NCBI GenBank assembly: GCA_020638555.1 | Contig: JACKII010000006.1 | Span: 137,140 to 201,139, forward strand | DNA from: Alphaproteobacteria bacterium | GTDB lineage: Bacteria; Pseudomonadota; Alphaproteobacteria; Bin95 | Reading direction: 5' to 3' | Length of the DNA: 64,000 bases | Shown here: piece after piece, positions 24,879-34,223 of the stretch | How the letters are laid out: the number at the start of each line of letters is the position of its first letter | Position numbering within the stretch: position 1 is the stretch's first letter | The notes under the pieces: generated by a model | Database searches by the model: none | The model's input: the letters and a program-made list of their open reading frames with translations, nothing else | Told to the model about the DNA's origin: nothing | Position numbers and translations under genes: made by a program

Positions 24879-26984
24879 TCAGCCGAGGCCGCGAGCGAAG
24901 GCGATCGTGTCGGCCCAGTCCGGGCGGTCGATCAGGGGATTGCGGTTGCCCTGCGCGGTCGCAACCGTTGCGTTGCGATGCAACTCCCAGGGAGAGTCGG
25001 CGGGCGGCGATTGCCGGTGCCAGTCCAGGAGGATGGGGATGCGGTCGGCGCTGAACTCGTTGCTGGTGTCGTTGACGAAGCCGGGATAGCGCAGCAGGAA
25101 ATACAGGGTGGCGCGCGCCACCGCCCCTTTGTTGAAGCCCGGCTCGAAATTGTGGCCGTCGATCTTGCCGCAATCGCCGCGGACGGCCTCGCCGAAATCC
25201 GGGAAGTCGGTGTAGGGGTGGTTCGAGCGGAAGCTGTTGCAGCGCGATTCGCAGGTGAACAGGTGGTGCAGGTCGGTCCGCATCGGGTTCTTCTTGTCGA
25301 ACCAGGATTGCGGCACCACGTGCTCGCAATTGAAGGGCAGGGCGGCCTCGAACTCGGCCAGTTCGTCGGCGATGTCCTCGTCGCTGCGAGTGGACTCGAT
25401 GGCCAGCAATTCCGTGCGGCGTTGGTCGAGCAGGGCCTCCAGCGCGCGCTCCTGGGCGATGATCATTTCTGCCGGAAACGCCTCGCCGGAATAGACGCTG
25501 CGCAGCAGGCCGTCCGGATAGCGGTCGATGACGGGATAGAGGTGATCGAGCCGCGCTTCGGAGTAGCTGAACACGCGCTCGTGGCTTTGGCGCAACAGGT
25601 CCGACAATTGCTGATAGAGCCCGGCCGGGTCCGCGGTGTCGTCGATGTCCGCGTAATACCGGCGCGCGGCTTCCCGATCCGCCGCTGCGTCATAATATTC
25701 GGTATCGACACCGGGCAATGGCGGCTCCGGCGGGGTGGGCGGTACCGGGGTTGGTGGCACCGGGGTTGGCGGCGTACCGACTCCCGTTCCGGTACCCGTG
25801 CCCGTCTCCGGCGGGGCGGGGCCGACCCGAACCGTCGGCGCGCCGACGTCGATCTTGGCCCCATTCGCGCCGAAACTGACCTGGAGCGGCAAGGTGAAGG
25901 CGACCTGACCGCCCACGGTGGCGGCGCCGGTCGAACCGCTCGCGGTCGGCGTGTCGGTCTCCAGCCGCCGCGGATGCAGGGTCAGCGCCTCGTCGATCAG
26001 CCGCTGGCGGTCGGGTGCCAGGGTCAGCGAGCGCAAATGGCGGACGATGCGCGATGCGCGGACGCCCTCGTTCGCGACCCATTTGATCGGGCGCACGATC
26101 TGCCCGCTGGCATCGGTCTCCGGAACGCCGGAATGGTGCAGGGCCACCACCTCCCAGGCGTCGTTGAACACCGGCGAGCCGCTGGAGCCGGGCTCGGTGT
26201 CGGTGGAGTAGTGCAGGAACAGGTCCGGGTCGTCGGTCAGGTGCAACAGCCGGTTGTCGCGGAACGCGATCTGCTTCGGGCCGCCATTCGGGTGCTGGAT
26301 GATGTTGAGCGGTTCGCCGACCAGCACCTTGCCCTCTTCGCCGATCAGCCTGTGCCAGCCATAGGACCGCGGCTCGGTTCCGCCAGCGGTCCGCCCGACG
26401 GCGACCAGCGCAAAGTCCAGGTTGAAATCGGACACGAAAAAGCGCGAAGGCTCCAGCGGGAACAGCACGCTCTGCCGCATCGCCCCCAGCGGGCCTTCCT
26501 CATAGTCCATTTCAAGCTGGCTGTTCTGCGCGTCGATGGCGGTTTGCAGCACGTGATGGTTCGTCAGCACCAGTTGCGGCGAGACGAGGAAGCCGGTGCC
26601 GTAGCCGACAATGCGTTGGGAGGCGTCGCGAATGCGGATACGCCCCACCGCCCGCGAGGCCCGGTTGCCGTGCGAGAGATAGCGGACGCCGGTCAGATTG
26701 TTCTGGCCCAGCACCCGCTCCAGCCCGACGCGGGCGGTTTCGTCGTGGTCCGCCAGGGCAATGGCGGCGCGCGCGGGCTGCATCGCCTCTTCGGGCTTCA
26801 GTTCGGCCGCCAGCTCGCGGAAGCCCAGCCGGCGCAGGCGCTTGCCGACCCGCTCGTGCCGGTCCAGTTCCAGGGGCGTCTTGCCGTCCTTCAGGGCTTG
26901 CTGGACCGCGGCGATCGCGGCTCGGGCCTTGCGGTAGCGTTCGGCCGCGCGTTCCATCTGGATCTGGTCATAACCCGTCTGCAT
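24879..26984 (-). CDS. Fusion protein: helical N-terminal region + trypsin-like serine protease (Trypsin_2-type) + Pro/Thr-rich linker + Endonuclease I (EndA/Vvn-type) domain
   Basis: ORF 24879..27134; preferred start is ATG 26984 (MQTGYDQIQMERAAERYRK) with AAAGGAAG RBS. Protease triad candidates: LTNHHVL, DFALVAV, GSSGSPVFN. Linker GTGTGTGVGTPPTPVPPTPVPPTPPEPPLPG. Nuclease motifs FNCEHVVPQSWF, DLHHLFTCESRCNSFRSNHPY, ARATLYFLLRYPG. No signal peptide is visible. Confidence 0.85.
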   Translation of the reverse strand: MQTGYDQIQMERAAERYRKARAAIAAVQQALKDGKTPLELDRHERVGKRLRRLGFRELAAELKPEEAMQPARAAIALADHDETARVGLERVLGQNNLTGVRYLSHGNRASRAVGRIRIRDASQRIVGYGTGFLVSPQLVLTNHHVLQTAIDAQNSQLEMDYEEGPLGAMRQSVLFPLEPSRFFVSDFNLDFALVAVGRTAGGTEPRSYGWHRLIGEEGKVLVGEPLNIIQHPNGGPKQIAFRDNRLLHLTDDPDLFLHYSTDTEPGSSGSPVFNDAWEVVALHHSGVPETDASGQIVRPIKWVANEGVRASRIVRHLRSLTLAPDRQRLIDEALTLHPRRLETDTPTASGSTGAATVGGQVAFTLPLQVSFGANGAKIDVGAPTVRVGPAPPETGTGTGTGVGTPPTPVPPTPVPPTPPEPPLPGVDTEYYDAAADREAARRYYADIDDTADPAGLYQQLSDLLRQSHERVFSYSEARLDHLYPVIDRYPDGLLRSVYSGEAFPAEMIIAQERALEALLDQRRTELLAIESTRSDEDIADELAEFEAALPFNCEHVVPQSWFDKKNPMRTDLHHLFTCESRCNSFRSNHPYTDFPDFGEAVRGDCGKIDGHNFEPGFNKGAVARATLYFLLRYPGFVNDTSNEFSADRIPILLDWHRQSPPADSPWELHRNATVATAQGNRNPLIDRPDWADTIAFARGLG

Positions 26985-27132
26985 TGCCGGCTTCCTTTCG
27001 ATCCTGCGCTGGCGCCCCACCGCGGGAAAGCCTAACCCGTGTCGGTGGCCCCGGCTATGAGCGACTTCACACGAGGTGCCCCGCGGCGGTAGTATCCGGG
27101 CGACCACACACGCCAAAACGCGGGAGGACGCC

Positions 27133-27525
27133 ATGTCCGTCGGCTTGCTCGACCACTACAATATTCGCACGGCCAAACTGGCCGAAACGGTGGGCTTTTA
27201 TGAGAAGGTCCTGGGCCTGAAGGACGGCGACCGGCCGAATTTTGCCTTCCCCGGCGCCTGGCTCTACAGCGAAGGCCGCCCGGTGCTGCATCTGATCGAC
27301 ATTTCCGGCAGCGGCGAAGGGCAGAAGGACGGTACCGGCTGCATCGATCATATCGCCTTTGTCAGCAATGGCTTCGAGGCGATGAAAACGCATCTGGAGT
27401 CGACCGGCTACGAATACGAGGCGCGCATCGTGCCGGGCGGCAAGCTCTGGCAGATTTTCGTGCGCGACCCGAACGGGCTGCTGATCGAGCTGAACTACGA
27501 CGCTGCCGCCGAACAGGCCGCCTGA
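27133..27525 (+). CDS. VOC family protein (glyoxalase-like)
   Basis: ORF 27076..27525; preferred start is ATG 27133 (MSVGLLDHYNIRTAKLAETVGFYEKVLGL) with GGGAGGA RBS. Also IDHIAFVSNGFEAMKTHL ... QIFVRDPNGLLIEL. Confidence 0.8.
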   Translation: MSVGLLDHYNIRTAKLAETVGFYEKVLGLKDGDRPNFAFPGAWLYSEGRPVLHLIDISGSGEGQKDGTGCIDHIAFVSNGFEAMKTHLESTGYEYEARIVPGGKLWQIFVRDPNGLLIELNYDAAAEQAA

Positions 27526-27544
27526 ACCGGGGAGGGCAGAGACG

Positions 27545-28372
27545 ATGGACGCCATCGCCTACCGCGTCGAAGCGGGCTATGAGTTTCCGAGCGAAATCCT
27601 GACCGTGACCGAGGGCGAGCAGCGCTGGCGCCATGCCTGCTGCGACATCCCGCACGGCTTTTATGGCGACCGCGCCGACCCGACCATCCTGGCCACCCGG
27701 CCGATCAAGGTGATCGGCGAGGCGCTGTTCGCCAATTACGACGACCGCGGCTATGTCCACACCGAAAGCACGATCGAGCAATTCGCGCCGATCCCGCTGG
27801 AAGCGCCGATCGCCTTTGCCGGGCGATTCACGGCGGTGGACGACCACCCGCGCGGCTGGATGATGCACGGTGCCTTCACCTATCACGGCCCGGACGGCCG
27901 GCTTTTGCTGGAAGTCAAGCCGAAGGCGCTGATGGCCGACCAGACCAAGATGCGGCCACGGCCGGCAGTGGCGGCGGAGGATGGCTATTCCACCGCCCTG
28001 CGCCCGCCGCCGCCCGTGGATCTGGAGCCGGGCTGGGAGTTGCTGTGCAACCGGCAGGTGACGCCGGCCAAATGCCTCGGCTACAGCGGCAACACCCGCA
28101 ACATCATCCACACCGACCCGGCCTATGCGCAGAATTTCGGCTATCGCATGCCGATTTTCGCCGGCAATGCCATGGTGCAGAACCTGGTTCAGGTGGCGCA
28201 GACGGACGGGTTGCTGGACGCGTTCAAGGTGCATGTGCGCATGTTGCGCCCGGTGCACTGGGACGACGGCCTCGCCATTGTCGGCCGGCGTGACGACGCC
28301 GGCCGCATTGTCGAGGTCCGTGCCATCGGGCCGGAGGGCAAGCCCACCAACGATCTCGTGCGGCTCGACTGA
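27545..28372 (+). CDS. Hotdog-fold (MaoC-dehydratase-like) protein, tentative
   Basis: 275 aa. The C-terminal half carries a MaoC-like block NIIHTDPAYAQNFGYRMPIFAGNAMV. It starts 19 nt after the VOC gene, so is probably co-transcribed. Confidence 0.5.
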   Translation: MDAIAYRVEAGYEFPSEILTVTEGEQRWRHACCDIPHGFYGDRADPTILATRPIKVIGEALFANYDDRGYVHTESTIEQFAPIPLEAPIAFAGRFTAVDDHPRGWMMHGAFTYHGPDGRLLLEVKPKALMADQTKMRPRPAVAAEDGYSTALRPPPPVDLEPGWELLCNRQVTPAKCLGYSGNTRNIIHTDPAYAQNFGYRMPIFAGNAMVQNLVQVAQTDGLLDAFKVHVRMLRPVHWDDGLAIVGRRDDAGRIVEVRAIGPEGKPTNDLVRLD

Positions 28373-28404
28373 TCGCCGGTCGCCGACACCGCGTCCCCAA
28401 TGCA

Positions 28405-28434
28405 AAGGCCCCCGGTTGCGTCACCGGGGGCCTT
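28405..28434. terminator. GC-rich hairpin between convergent genes (probable terminator)
   Basis: AAGGCCCCCGG (28405..28415), 8-nt loop, CCGGGGGCCTT (28424..28434). The flanking T-tracts are weak. Confidence 0.5.
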
Positions 28435-28462
28435 CTTGCGTGGGAGGGCGGCGCGGCGGTCG

Positions 28463-29806
28463 CTATTTTGCCAACAGGACCATGCTCAGCCAGGGGAAGG
28501 CCGTGACCAGGCCCCAGACCACCATCAGCGGCAGCAGCAGCTTGAACACATGGCGGATGATCTGGTCGTAGTTGATGCCCAGCACGCCCGAGACCACGAA
28601 CAGGTTCAGGCCATAGGGCGGGGTGATGAAGCCGATGGTGGTGCCGACGACGAACACCACGCCCCAGTGCACGGGATCGATGCCGATACTCTCTGCGACC
28701 GGCCCCAGGATCGGCCCCAGGATCAGCACCACGGCCACCGACTCGGTGATGGCACCGACGGCGAGGATCAGCAGCATCATGACGATGACCAGCACGGCGT
28801 AACCGTAATGAGCGCCCAGCTCACCCAGAAAATCCTGGATCGCTTCGGGCAAGCCCATAACGCTGGAAACCTGCTGGAACTGGATCGAAAATACCACCAG
28901 CGGCACCAGCAGGCCGGCGAGGCGGGCGCTGTTCAGCAGGATTCCCGGCACTTGTCGCAGCTTCAACTGACCGCCGAGGAACGGCACCGTGCCGACGATG
29001 AAGCAATAGATGGCGACGACGCCCGCGGCCTCGGTCGGGCTGAAATAGCCCCAGTAGATGCCGAGAAAGATCACGCCGATGGCGATGAAGCCGGCCCAGG
29101 CATGGGCGCCGGTGCACAGGATCTGCCGTGGCCGAAACGCGCGAATACCCGTGCCCGGCTCGATCTTGCCGGTGAGCCAGACCGCCGCGCCCATCAGGGC
29201 GAGGACCATCAGGACGCCCGGAATCATGCCGCCGACGAACAGGTCGACGCTCGGCACTTCCATGGTGACGCCGTAGATCAGGAAGATGACGCTGGGCGGG
29301 ATGATGACGCCGACCGTGCCGCCAGCGGCGATGATCGCGCCCGCCAGCCCCGGCTTGACGCCGCGTTCGATCATCTCCGGCCCCAGCAACCGGCCCATGG
29401 TCGCCGCCGTCGCCGCGTTCGAGCCCGAAATCGCCGCGAACAGGCCGCACGAGAACATGGCCGTCGCTGCCGTTGCTCCCGCCATGAAGCCGACGCACGA
29501 GCGCGAGAACGCGATCAGCTTGCGGCTGATGCCGCCCTCTGTCAGGAAGTCGCCGGTGATGACGAACAGCGGCACGGCCAGGAAGATGAAGCTCTTGATT
29601 GAGTCGTTCGCGGCAATGCCCACATTCATCAGCGGAAAGTCGACGATGAAATAGGACGAGGCCATCACCCAGGTCGCCAGCACCAGGACCACCGGCGTTC
29701 CCAGGAAGAACAGCGCGACCGAAATGCCGGTGATGGTCCAGACGTCCAGCACGTCGCGCAGCCAGTCCACCAGCATTTGCAGCGTGGTGAGATCGTCCCC
29801 GCTCAT
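28463..29806 (-). CDS. TRAP transporter large permease (DctM family)
   Basis: ORF 28463..30025. Preferred start is ATG 29806 (MSGDDLTTLQMLVDWL), forming an ATGA overlap with the stop of the upstream DctQ gene. Polytopic membrane sequence typical of DctM. Confidence 0.88.
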   Translation of the reverse strand: MSGDDLTTLQMLVDWLRDVLDVWTITGISVALFFLGTPVVLVLATWVMASSYFIVDFPLMNVGIAANDSIKSFIFLAVPLFVITGDFLTEGGISRKLIAFSRSCVGFMAGATAATAMFSCGLFAAISGSNAATAATMGRLLGPEMIERGVKPGLAGAIIAAGGTVGVIIPPSVIFLIYGVTMEVPSVDLFVGGMIPGVLMVLALMGAAVWLTGKIEPGTGIRAFRPRQILCTGAHAWAGFIAIGVIFLGIYWGYFSPTEAAGVVAIYCFIVGTVPFLGGQLKLRQVPGILLNSARLAGLLVPLVVFSIQFQQVSSVMGLPEAIQDFLGELGAHYGYAVLVIVMMLLILAVGAITESVAVVLILGPILGPVAESIGIDPVHWGVVFVVGTTIGFITPPYGLNLFVVSGVLGINYDQIIRHVFKLLLPLMVVWGLVTAFPWLSMVLLAK

Positions 29807-30309
29807 CGGATGTCCTCCGCGGTAACATGGGGGCCGGTCTCGCCCCGCAGCACCCGGACCAGTTGCTGGGCGACGCGCATCATGGTGAAGGCCCAGCCCA
29901 GCGGCACGGCGATGGAGATGGCCGCCATGGGGATGTCGGTGCCGAAAATCTTCTGGTTGAAGCGCTCGTTCAACTCGACCACGTCCCAGGAAACCGCAAT
30001 CACGATCAGGCCGAGGGCGAACCACAGCAGGCAGTCGAACACTTCCATGCCCTGGCGCAGGCGCGGGCCCATCCGGTCGCGCAGGGTGGTGAAGGAGAGG
30101 TGGGCGCCGGTGCGGACACCGCTCGCCATGGCGAACCAGGAGAGCCAGACGAACGCCCCCATGGCGATCTCCGGCCCCCAGGCCGCCTGCTCGCCGGTGA
30201 TCATCCGTCGGATGGTCTCCAGCCCGACCACCAGAATGATGGTGAGATAGGCGGCGAGCATGACCGCCTTTTCAATGCCGGATATCAGATCGTCCAGGAA
30301 CCGACCCAT
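29803..30309 (-). CDS. TRAP transporter small permease (DctQ family)
   Basis: 168 aa with four predicted TM helices. Sits between the DctP and DctM genes. Confidence 0.85.
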   Translation of the reverse strand: MGRFLDDLISGIEKAVMLAAYLTIILVVGLETIRRMITGEQAAWGPEIAMGAFVWLSWFAMASGVRTGAHLSFTTLRDRMGPRLRQGMEVFDCLLWFALGLIVIAVSWDVVELNERFNQKIFGTDIPMAAISIAVPLGWAFTMMRVAQQLVRVLRGETGPHVTAEDIR

Positions 30310-30426
30310 GCGCAGTCACTCCCATCCCCGACCGGGGTGCTGCCGCGGCCAGGGAGCTTGCGTTCATACGAATCAAAGGGGGAATCCCGGCCGGTTACGA
30401 ATGCCGTCCGGGGGAAAGCAATCGGG

Positions 30427-31614
30427 TCAGGCCCACCATTTCTGGGCATTCAGCGGCTTGCCGCGCACTTTCTTCTCGTATTCCGAGACCGCGCCAAACA
30501 CGTCGAGACCGGCCAAGGCATCCAGTTCCTTGCGGATTTCGCTATAGATTTGGCCGTTGCGCTCGACGGAGCCGCGCTCGCGGAACGTGTCCATCTCGTC
30601 TTCGGTGAGGCGGACATGGCGCATGGTGGCGCTCATCTTCACATAATCGCTGTCGGGCGCCGGGTTCGGGCCGCAGCCGGTGATGGCGTCCAGCCCCCAC
30701 CCGACCTTCTCTTCCGACAACTCGCTGGCGCGCCGCGCCGCCTCGCGCACCACCTCCTGCAACCGTTCCGGCAGGCGTTCCATGCTGCGGCTGTTGATGA
30801 AGGTCGAGCCCATGCCGGGGCAGAAGTCCAGCTCCACCGCCTGGGCGGTCACCCGCGTCATGCCGAAACCGGCGGCGCTGGAGCCCCAGGTCTCCATGCC
30901 GTCGACCACGCCGGATTTCATGCCCTCCAGCGTCTCGGTCCAGGCCAGCGGCACCGGGCTCATGCCGAGCGAGGCGGCGAAATTCTGGATCATGGCGGAA
31001 TTGGTGATGCGCAGCTTGCGGCCCTTGAGTTGGTCCGGGTGCCGCACCTCTGGCAGGTCGCTGTATTTCAGCCCCATGAACACGTCGCGCATCTCGTTCG
31101 AGCAGTACAGGAATTCGATGCCGTATTTCTTCTTCCAGACATCGCGGTAGACCGCGTTCATGCTGGGATCGTGCAGGAGGTTCACCAGCGAGGTGCGGTC
31201 GCGCCACAGAAACGGCCAGTCCAATGCCTGGGCGTGATAGACGACGGCGGCGGCGTTCTGCGCCGACGAACCGCCAATGTCGAGCACGCCGGCGCCGACC
31301 CGCTCAACGCACTGGTTTTCGGCGCAGGCCTGGCCCTTGTCGATGATCTGCACGGCGATCTCGCCATCGGACAGTTCCTCGATCCAGTTGGCGAAGTCGT
31401 AGACCCGGATTTGCAGATAGCCGTCGCTTTTGGGCGTCATCACCGACGGCCCGTACCGGAATTTGTATTTCGCCCTTTTGGCGGCGTGCGCGTCCCTGGC
31501 GGCGAACTGGCCCAGCACCGTGCCGGCGGTGGTGCCGGTGATCGCGGCAAACATTGCCGTCTTGGTGCCGTAGTCCTTGGTGATGCGGAGAAAATCCCGG
31601 CGGGAAAGGGGCAT
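30427..31614 (-). CDS. TRAP transporter solute-binding protein (DctP family) with twin-arginine signal
   Basis: MPLSRRDFLRITKDYGTKTAMFAAITGTTAGTVLGQFAARDAHA has an SRRDFL Tat motif plus h-region and AHA cleavage site. First gene of the P-Q-M operon. Confidence 0.85.
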   Translation of the reverse strand: MPLSRRDFLRITKDYGTKTAMFAAITGTTAGTVLGQFAARDAHAAKRAKYKFRYGPSVMTPKSDGYLQIRVYDFANWIEELSDGEIAVQIIDKGQACAENQCVERVGAGVLDIGGSSAQNAAAVVYHAQALDWPFLWRDRTSLVNLLHDPSMNAVYRDVWKKKYGIEFLYCSNEMRDVFMGLKYSDLPEVRHPDQLKGRKLRITNSAMIQNFAASLGMSPVPLAWTETLEGMKSGVVDGMETWGSSAAGFGMTRVTAQAVELDFCPGMGSTFINSRSMERLPERLQEVVREAARRASELSEEKVGWGLDAITGCGPNPAPDSDYVKMSATMRHVRLTEDEMDTFRERGSVERNGQIYSEIRKELDALAGLDVFGAVSEYEKKVRGKPLNAQKWWA

Positions 31615-32023
31615 GGGTGGGGAACTCCCTGTTCTTCGGTTTTGGTTGGCTTGGCGGGTAGCCGACGGCTATTCGGCCGTCAGGGCGATGGGGGGCGGGC
31701 GGCTTCCGGCGCATGCTGCCCTCGGCAACGCCGCGCGAGCGCCGGTGTTGGCGGTTGGAAGCCGTCGATACTCTCGGCCATTGTCCCGATACGCGGGTTC
31801 TTGGGATACACACGGTTATGGCGGTAAGCGTCCGCAGTCATGGCGCAATTTCCTCCAGTGCCACTGCCGCGTAACGTTTGGCGCCGTTGGACAGTTTGAC
31901 ACGCGGGATTAAGACACAAGCCAGAGGTCGGACGCCAGAAATTTTTATCCACGCCAAAGGGTCGCCGGTTTGAAGGGCGCGGGATATAGTCTTGGGCCAC
32001 GACTGAAGGATTGAGAGCTTCCG

Positions 32024-32650
32024 GTGTTTCACGAAACGGATTTCGACCGGCTGCGGGCCGGGATCGACCGCAATATGCGCGGTTTCACGCCGTCGGCGGC
32101 AACGGCTGACGGGCTGAAACGGGCCGCCGTCGCCATCACCGTGACGGCCGACGAGACGGGGGCGCCCGCCTTCTTTCTGACGAAGCGGGCGCCGCGCCTG
32201 AATCGCCATTCCGGGCAGTGGGCGCTGCCGGGCGGCCGCCTCGACCCGGGCGAGGATGCGATCACGGCGGCCTTGCGCGAAATGGACGAGGAAATCGGCG
32301 TGCGGCTCGAGGCTTCGGCCGTGCTGGGCCTGTTGGACGACTACCCGACCCGCTCCGGCTATTGCATCACGCCGGTGGTGGTCTGGGCCGGTCCCGGCGT
32401 CGAGGCCGTGCCGAATCCGGACGAGGTGGCCCGCCTGCACCGCATCCCGCTGGCGCATCTGGCGCCGGACGATGTGGTGGAACTGGCACCCATCCCCGAC
32501 AGCGAGCACCCGCTGGTCCGCGTGCACATCGCCGAAAGCCATGTTCACGCGCCGACCGCGGCCTTGATTTACCAGTTCCGCGAGGTGGCGCTCGCCGGCC
32601 GGCACACGCCGGTCGCCCACCTGGAACAGCCGAAATGGGCCTGGCGATAG
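32024..32650 (+). CDS. NUDIX hydrolase (CoA pyrophosphatase-like)
   Basis: Nudix box LPGGRLDPGEDAITAALREMDEEIGV. The ORF starts at GTG 32024; the true start is uncertain. Confidence 0.82.
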   Translation: MFHETDFDRLRAGIDRNMRGFTPSAATADGLKRAAVAITVTADETGAPAFFLTKRAPRLNRHSGQWALPGGRLDPGEDAITAALREMDEEIGVRLEASAVLGLLDDYPTRSGYCITPVVVWAGPGVEAVPNPDEVARLHRIPLAHLAPDDVVELAPIPDSEHPLVRVHIAESHVHAPTAALIYQFREVALAGRHTPVAHLEQPKWAWR

Positions 32651-32785
32651 GGGGAATGCGTCACCGGGCGGCTTTCCCGGCCGAGCCCCAGGCGAGAGCC
32701 GGGACCTCATGCGGGAGGCAGGCCCGGCCGGAGGTCCCGGATCGCCGCTTTGCGCCGTCCGGGAAAGTTCGGGGTGGCGTGCGTC

Positions 32786-34018
32786 TCAGTCGACGATGGC
32801 CTGGTAGGTCAGTACCCGCAATTCGCGGCGCACCGGATAGGTGCTGCTCGGCATCAACTGGGTCAGGAAGACCACGGCCATGTCCTCGGCCGGATCGCAC
32901 CAGAAGGCGGTGCTGGCGGCGCCGCCCCAGGCATATTCGCCGGGGGTGCCCAGAATGTGCGCCTTGGCCGGGTCCAGCATGACCGAGAATCCCAGGCCGA
33001 AGCCGATGCCATAATACGGGCTTTCGGAGAAAGTCGGCTGACCCATCTCCGCCATGTCGCCGCCCAGATGGTTGCTGGTCATCAGCTCCACGGTCTTGCG
33101 GCCCAGCAGGCGCACGCCCTCCAACTCGCCCTTGTTCAGCAGGAACTGGCAGAAGCGCAGATAGTCGTGGGCGGTCGAGACCAGACCGCCGCCGCCGCTC
33201 GCCACCGGCGGCATGGCGTTGTAGCGCGGGCTGTCCTGGGGATCGTCGATCAGGGCCAGGCCGCCATCCGGCTTGCGGGTGTAGTTGCCGGCAAACCGGT
33301 CCAGCTTGTCGGCCGGCACCCAGAAATCGGTATCGACCATGCCCAGGGGCCGGATCACCCTTTCGCGCAGGAACACGTCGAACGGCTGGCCGCTGATTTG
33401 CTGCACCAGATAGCCGAGCACGTCGGTGGCGACCGAATAGTTCCATTCCGTGCCGGGCTGGGCGATCAGCGGCGCCTGCACCAGCTTGTCGATCACCTCG
33501 TCCAGCGACTTGTTCTCGCCCCAGTTGAAGTCGATGCCGTTCGACCGGTAGAGCGCATCGACCGGGTTCGACTCCATGAAGCCATAGGTCAGGCCGGAGG
33601 TGTGCGAGAGCAGGTCGCGATAGGTGATTTCGCGGTGCGCGGGCTCGGTCGCGATGGTGCCGCGGCTGCCGCCGGTCATCACCCGCATGTGTTTGAAGCC
33701 CGGCGCATAATGGCTGATCGGGTCGTCCAGCTGGAAGTGGCCGTCCTCGTACAGCATCATGATCGCCGTCGAGGTCAGCGGCTTGGTCATCGAATAGATA
33801 CGGAAAATCGTGTCGAGCGCGGCCGGCTTGCTGCGCTCGATATCCGCCTGGCCGGTGACGCCGGCATGGACGATCTCGCCCCGGCGCAGGACCGCGGTCA
33901 GGGCGCAGGGCAGTTTGCCGGAATTGACCCATTTCTCGCGCCAGGCGTCGACGCGGGCGAGCCGGTCGGTCGAAAGGCCGACGGATTCCGGGGTGGCGGT
34001 GGTGGCGATGGCTGGCAT
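32786..34018 (-). CDS. Serine hydrolase, beta-lactamase/esterase (class C-like) family
   Basis: SxxK motif in FRIYSMTKPLTS. 410 aa, with no signal peptide. Confidence 0.8.
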   Translation of the reverse strand: MPAIATTATPESVGLSTDRLARVDAWREKWVNSGKLPCALTAVLRRGEIVHAGVTGQADIERSKPAALDTIFRIYSMTKPLTSTAIMMLYEDGHFQLDDPISHYAPGFKHMRVMTGGSRGTIATEPAHREITYRDLLSHTSGLTYGFMESNPVDALYRSNGIDFNWGENKSLDEVIDKLVQAPLIAQPGTEWNYSVATDVLGYLVQQISGQPFDVFLRERVIRPLGMVDTDFWVPADKLDRFAGNYTRKPDGGLALIDDPQDSPRYNAMPPVASGGGGLVSTAHDYLRFCQFLLNKGELEGVRLLGRKTVELMTSNHLGGDMAEMGQPTFSESPYYGIGFGLGFSVMLDPAKAHILGTPGEYAWGGAASTAFWCDPAEDMAVVFLTQLMPSSTYPVRRELRVLTYQAIVD

Positions 34019-34170
34019 GGGCGCAGGGCTCCAGGTCGGTCGGGAAGGCGGTGCATAAGACTAAGGCCGCAGTCTAGGCCGACCGAAGCGGGCGCGCCTA
34101 GCCCCTAGTCACCGACGCGATCACGACGCAGGCCCACTCTCCCTTCGATAATGCCGGGCATACCGGACGC

Positions 34171-34200
34171 AAAAAAGGCGGCTCCCGAAGAAGCCGCCTC
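34171..34200 (-). terminator. Rho-independent terminator of the PEP-CTERM gene
   Basis: Minus strand reads GAGGCGGCTTCTTCGGGAGCCGCCTTTTTT (stem GGCGGCT/AGCCGCC followed by a T6 tract). Confidence 0.75.
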
Positions 34201-34223
34201 GTGCGTTGATTTGGCTGTTCGGC

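Noticed and set aside
22250-27035. Long antisense ORFs 22250..23368 (-), 23732..24862 (-), 24073..25089 (+), 24784..25329 (-) and 24978..27035 (+).
   Set aside because: They lie opposite rluD, rpoH and the protease-nuclease gene, whose frames contain canonical motifs. The antisense products are Arg/Gly/Pro-rich with no motifs.
26985-27134. 50-codon N-terminal extension of the protease-nuclease ORF (MASSRVLACVV...).
   Set aside because: It overlaps the divergent VOC gene start and promoter. A strong RBS (AAAGGAAG) precedes the internal ATG 26984. The extension is not signal-peptide-like in any convincing way.
31615-32023. 409-nt gap between the DctP start and the NUDIX gene. I considered a riboswitch, a small RNA or a missing regulator gene.
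   Set aside because: I could not recognise any known riboswitch consensus or a credible ORF. It is likely just a divergent promoter region, but this needs an Rfam/cmscan search to settle.
29827-34108. ORFs 29827..31827 (+, 666 aa), 31838..32710 (-, 290 aa), 32218..32982 (+), 32661..33932 (-) and 32750..34108 (+).
   Set aside because: They are antisense or out of frame relative to the DctQ/DctP, NUDIX and serine-hydrolase genes. Composition is biased and there are no motifs.
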